DNA of 64,000 nt from an uncultured Parachlamydiaceae bacterium. Lineage in GTDB: Bacteria > Chlamydiota > Chlamydiia > Chlamydiales > Parachlamydiaceae. Where the stretch lies: the NCBI GenBank assembly GCA_963742415.1, contig CAVULX010000002.1, positions 1 to 64,000 of the forward strand. The letters run 5' to 3'. A program made the position numbers and the translations under genes. Numbering within the stretch: the stretch's first letter is position 1; every line of letters starts with the position of its first letter. A model generated the notes under the pieces. The model ran no database searches and was not told the origin of the DNA. It was given only the letters and a program-made list of their open reading frames with translations. Positions 60,355 to 64,000 of this stretch are shown here, in pieces.

Positions 60355-63300
60355 GTGAATTCGATCCAAGCTCAAAATCTATATGCACTTCTCACCAAAG
60401 CCATAACCTTAAATCCTTCGTTGCCACCCTCTTCCCTCAAATCACACTTAGGGGCTATGTATGTACCGTCTCCATTTCAAAACAATACGGTTTACCCACG
60501 AGAATCCTGGCAAGGACGCCTTTGCTCTTGGATTCAATATCCTTGGAAAAAAAACTCCTTGAAGCAAAAAACTTTGCGAATCTTTGCAGGGGCGATAGAA
60601 GCGCTCAGCACAACCTCCCATCCTAATCTGCAAGATGCACAGCAAATGCAAGTGGCAAAGCTATACCATGAAATTCTAAAAGATGGCAACCAACCCCATT
60701 TGCCGCTGCACTCCCACGGACCAGCCTTAAACCCTGCCGCTGAAATTAAAGAGATGCAAGATCTTGCCAGCGAAAACAGAAAAGCCCATTTGCAAAACAT
60801 TGAATGTTTATCGCTCCTCCACACAAATGATAATCGGGACTCCATTGATTTGAAAACTTTCAAAACATTATTCAGAGCCGATACCGATCTCGAAATACAA
60901 AAGGCGCTGGAATATATAAAAACATATCTTATGAAACATCCACGCTATGCTGTAGATAACTTTGACCAAAAACTTGACATCATTCAACAAGCACTTCAAG
61001 AAAATCAAAAACTGATCACCCAATTTCTGCCAAATGGAAAACCTATCCATGAGGATGATAGGCTCCTCCTCATGCAGCAAATGTCCAGCAAGATGGCAAA
61101 AGATGTGCATGAGTTAAATGAACACCAAAAAAAAATGTTTGTTTTTAGCTACGGAAATTCCCGCCCATCCTTGCAATCGCTTTTCGTCAAACTGCGCTTG
61201 CTGCCTCCAGATATTATAAAGGAATTCCCCCCACTTATTGTCGAATATTTAAAACAGGGAAAAACCCCTAATGAAAATGAAATAGCTAATGACCTGATTA
61301 AGTCCTGTTTATCAATGATATCAACTTGGGCTGATGAAACAGATCTAGGGGGAGTGAATGTTACAGATAAGGGGTGCTCTTTGCTATTCCCAGACTCTTC
61401 AAGATCCTTGCCATCAGAGGTTTCATCGTTCCTTCCAGATGTTTTTGAAGCACATCTTGAACAACTTTTGCAAGGGGGAGTACTAGGAAATGCACCCCTC
61501 CTTTTTTCCAATCCTCAAGTCAAATCCGCTTTGGCGTGGATTGCTCAAAATGGGGAGGAATTGCTGAAAAACAATCCTCAACAAAAAGTCACTGAAAAAG
61601 TAGAAAACTGCCTTATTCAATTTGTCCAAAAAAAGCTAAACGCTCACCTCGATTCATTGACAACCCTTTTGTCAAATCAATTGAAAGAAATACAAGAAGC
61701 CATTCCAGATCATATCATTGAAATGGCCGGTTTTGACTGGCTTCTTTTTTCGGGTCCTATTTGGATAGAATTTGAAAAGCTCGCAAACCATTCTTACTCG
61801 GCAAACATTTATTCATTAGGAAATTCCTTAAACAACCATTCGATCAATCCTCGAACAGGGGATCCTTACTTCGTTTTACGCCTGAACCAAATCCATAAAG
61901 ACAAAATCGATTCTACTTTTTTTTATTCCCTCCTCTCAAAGCATTTAGAGCCCTACTGGAATCCCGACTCAACTCCCAAAGCATATGATATCTATTCAGG
62001 CCCTGTCACTCTTCTAGAGGGAATACAATCATCAAATAAATCAGACGATCCTTCTGTGGAAAGTAAATTTCCTGTTTCAGATTTGCGTATGATCCAAATG
62101 TCCTTGTTCAAATCAGGCTCCAATAACATTCAACCTGTTTTTGAAATGCAGCTAGAGGCTGTACTGAATTTATGCAAACCTCATTTAAAAAGGCCTCAAA
62201 ATGTATTGGTCATTCGTAATCCGGAAGTGCGAAACGCCCTAAAAGAAGCGATTCCCATATTGAAGCAAAGCTGCATAACCCTAAAAGGAAATCAAGAAAA
62301 TAAAGAAAAGATAGCTCAAGTTGAAGCCACCCTTTTGGAAATCCAAAATGCAATTAATTCTTTTCACTCTGAGACGTCTCAAAGCATTCCCTTGCCTGAA
62401 GACATGCAAAAATCCTTTCAAGAGTTTCTATCATCCTGCGGCATAACCACAGAAAATATGGCCCATTTAAAAGACTTTATCTCGTGGTCTTTAGGAGACG
62501 ATGCAGGTCAATTTTTCGAAGAGATTTTTAATTATTACAAACCCTTCATTCCAGCTGAAACTCTTACTAAAAAAAAATCTGCATCTTTTGCCTTTCCATC
62601 CTTTTATGGAAAAACACAAGAATGGTTGTTCACCTCCTACAGTAGCATTTACTTTCATATCGCCAAAAAAGCCTTAACATTAGTCCTGGGCATATCAGGG
62701 TTTTATAGCGGGGGGCTTCGGCTGACTTTAAGTTTTCCTCTAATTATTTCTATTCTGCCTTACATTCTCCCTCCTGCTGTCCTTGATTGGTATCATCACA
62801 TCATGAACGTTATCCAACTAAAGTTGGCCCAATTGGTCATTAGAACTCTTTGGAAATATGCCCTGAACGAAGATACACGGCAAACAATTAATGTTCTTTG
62901 GAAAGAATGGAATCAAAAAATCAAGGAAACAAAGGGATACATACAACAAAATCCCATTCTTTCTTTTAAACTGGAAACACCTGTCCCTATTCCGGAATCC
63001 TGTGAGGGATCCGCCAATTTGGAAGTACAACCGGTATTTAAACCTTTAGAACAATTTGAACAAGTATGTCATGATCCTGACCATACTGAGCAACCTAATA
63101 TATGCCCTCATGCCATTCATCCCATTGAAAAAATAAATTCTCCAAAAATATTGGAAGATACCTTGAACGCTTGGTTAAGCGAGGCTCAAAAAAATTATCA
63201 AATTTACAAAAATGCTAAAACCTTTGACGACTTTAATGTTGAAGAGTTAGTAAGAAACAAACAGACGATCTCTCTTGTCCAAAGAATTTTGTCATTGGAA

Positions 63301-64000
63301 GTTCCTTCCCGCTTTACCCAAACAATTTGGGATCAATTGACGGATCCTGAAAAATATTTAGATCTCCTTTCCGATTTAGGGATCCTCATGTATCAAATGA
63401 AAAATCAAATTTACGAATATCATTTTCATACACAAGAAAATTATCGCCGCTCTGTTTATTTTGATAAGAGGAATTTAAACTTAAAGTTCCTTGCGGCCAT
63501 GTATCAGATACAGGCCATTCTATATTCTTTGGGAAGACGTTGCTCAAAGTCTAGTCTAGAAAAACAGAGTATAAATGCAACTCCCTTGGTCGCTTTATAC
63601 CAATCAATCGGTTTTAAAATTGATGATCCAACAGTTTTAGATAAAATCCAATCTATTTGTTCCTACCTGATGCCTGACCTTGATCTTAATTCCCATATAA
63701 GTCCAGACGACCTTTCAGAACATGCCAATTTCCACCTGTTTCATTATTGCCATCCCCATAAATTTGGTTTTGAATTTTTAACAAATGAAGACATTTTGGC
63801 TAATTTTTTAGAGGGAAACCTTACTTTTCTATCTTATGCTGAATACGTTTATCTTAATGACGTATTACAAGATCCTGAAACAGATAAAAAAATTAAAGCT
63901 TTAGGTTTTTCGGAAACCTTGTGCAGCCGCAAAAAAATGTGCATTTTATTCCAAGAATCTTTTGTTTTTAACCGCTCCGACCCGTTAGTGCCTAGACCCT
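60355..64000 (+). CDS. Tandem paralog of the giant protein, 3'-partial (missing from ORF track)
   Basis: GTG start in frame 1, apparently open to the window end. SPFQNNTVYPRESWQGRLCSWIQYPW matches SPFSEGTVYLRKSWKGRIVSFIQFPW; the SGP.W.EFEK, HxEPLW and MCILFQES blocks are collinear. Confidence 0.9.
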   Translation, partial: MNSIQAQNLYALLTKAITLNPSLPPSSLKSHLGAMYVPSPFQNNTVYPRESWQGRLCSWIQYPWKKNSLKQKTLRIFAGAIEALSTTSHPNLQDAQQMQVAKLYHEILKDGNQPHLPLHSHGPALNPAAEIKEMQDLASENRKAHLQNIECLSLLHTNDNRDSIDLKTFKTLFRADTDLEIQKALEYIKTYLMKHPRYAVDNFDQKLDIIQQALQENQKLITQFLPNGKPIHEDDRLLLMQQMSSKMAKDVHELNEHQKKMFVFSYGNSRPSLQSLFVKLRLLPPDIIKEFPPLIVEYLKQGKTPNENEIANDLIKSCLSMISTWADETDLGGVNVTDKGCSLLFPDSSRSLPSEVSSFLPDVFEAHLEQLLQGGVLGNAPLLFSNPQVKSALAWIAQNGEELLKNNPQQKVTEKVENCLIQFVQKKLNAHLDSLTTLLSNQLKEIQEAIPDHIIEMAGFDWLLFSGPIWIEFEKLANHSYSANIYSLGNSLNNHSINPRTGDPYFVLRLNQIHKDKIDSTFFYSLLSKHLEPYWNPDSTPKAYDIYSGPVTLLEGIQSSNKSDDPSVESKFPVSDLRMIQMSLFKSGSNNIQPVFEMQLEAVLNLCKPHLKRPQNVLVIRNPEVRNALKEAIPILKQSCITLKGNQENKEKIAQVEATLLEIQNAINSFHSETSQSIPLPEDMQKSFQEFLSSCGITTENMAHLKDFISWSLGDDAGQFFEEIFNYYKPFIPAETLTKKKSASFAFPSFYGKTQEWLFTSYSSIYFHIAKKALTLVLGISGFYSGGLRLTLSFPLIISILPYILPPAVLDWYHHIMNVIQLKLAQLVIRTLWKYALNEDTRQTINVLWKEWNQKIKETKGYIQQNPILSFKLETPVPIPESCEGSANLEVQPVFKPLEQFEQVCHDPDHTEQPNICPHAIHPIEKINSPKILEDTLNAWLSEAQKNYQIYKNAKTFDDFNVEELVRNKQTISLVQRILSLEVPSRFTQTIWDQLTDPEKYLDLLSDLGILMYQMKNQIYEYHFHTQENYRRSVYFDKRNLNLKFLAAMYQIQAILYSLGRRCSKSSLEKQSINATPLVALYQSIGFKIDDPTVLDKIQSICSYLMPDLDLNSHISPDDLSEHANFHLFHYCHPHKFGFEFLTNEDILANFLEGNLTFLSYAEYVYLNDVLQDPETDKKIKALGFSETLCSRKKMCILFQESFVFNRSDPLVPRP

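Noticed and set aside
60331-60357. Stop-codon readthrough fusing the two same-frame giant ORFs
   Set aside because: Three in-frame TAA stops separate them, and the second ORF restarts with a homologous N-terminus.
60448-63030. Minus-strand short ORFs here, and similar antisense ORFs throughout the track
   Set aside because: They are shadows of longer genes on the opposite strand or in another frame.

Overview
Chromosomal segment of an environmental Chlamydiae bacterium (Parachlamydiales-like). This is inferred from the fused glyQS, the CesT-family T3SS chaperone, and the ruvB / SpoIID-like / glgX / slc1 / ssb / pepA gene order. 1-8.6 kb is a decaying accessory patch: two AAA ATPases, an IS607 remnant, and two broken toxin-antitoxin modules. 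9-47.7 kb is mostly housekeeping: dinB, pepA, ssb, frameshifted glgX, queA, ruvB, pheS, rplT, rpmI, infC, tRNA-Val, uvrC, rlmN, glyQS, an RND efflux operon and an NlpC/P60 peptidase. 48.5 kb to the end holds a 3934-aa DUF3638/SF2-helicase-like giant gene and a tandem paralog that the ORF track misses. The most notable observations are: an intact but apparently catalytically dead ThrRS paralog at the thrS-infC position; the tandem giant proteins; a 4x palindromic 41-bp array in front of a Fic gene; 10-bp-phased TTATAC arrays in front of an AAA-wHTH gene; several families of long intergenic inverted repeats; and a secreted modular acidic/Cys protein. All calls come from reading motifs by eye; no database searches were run.
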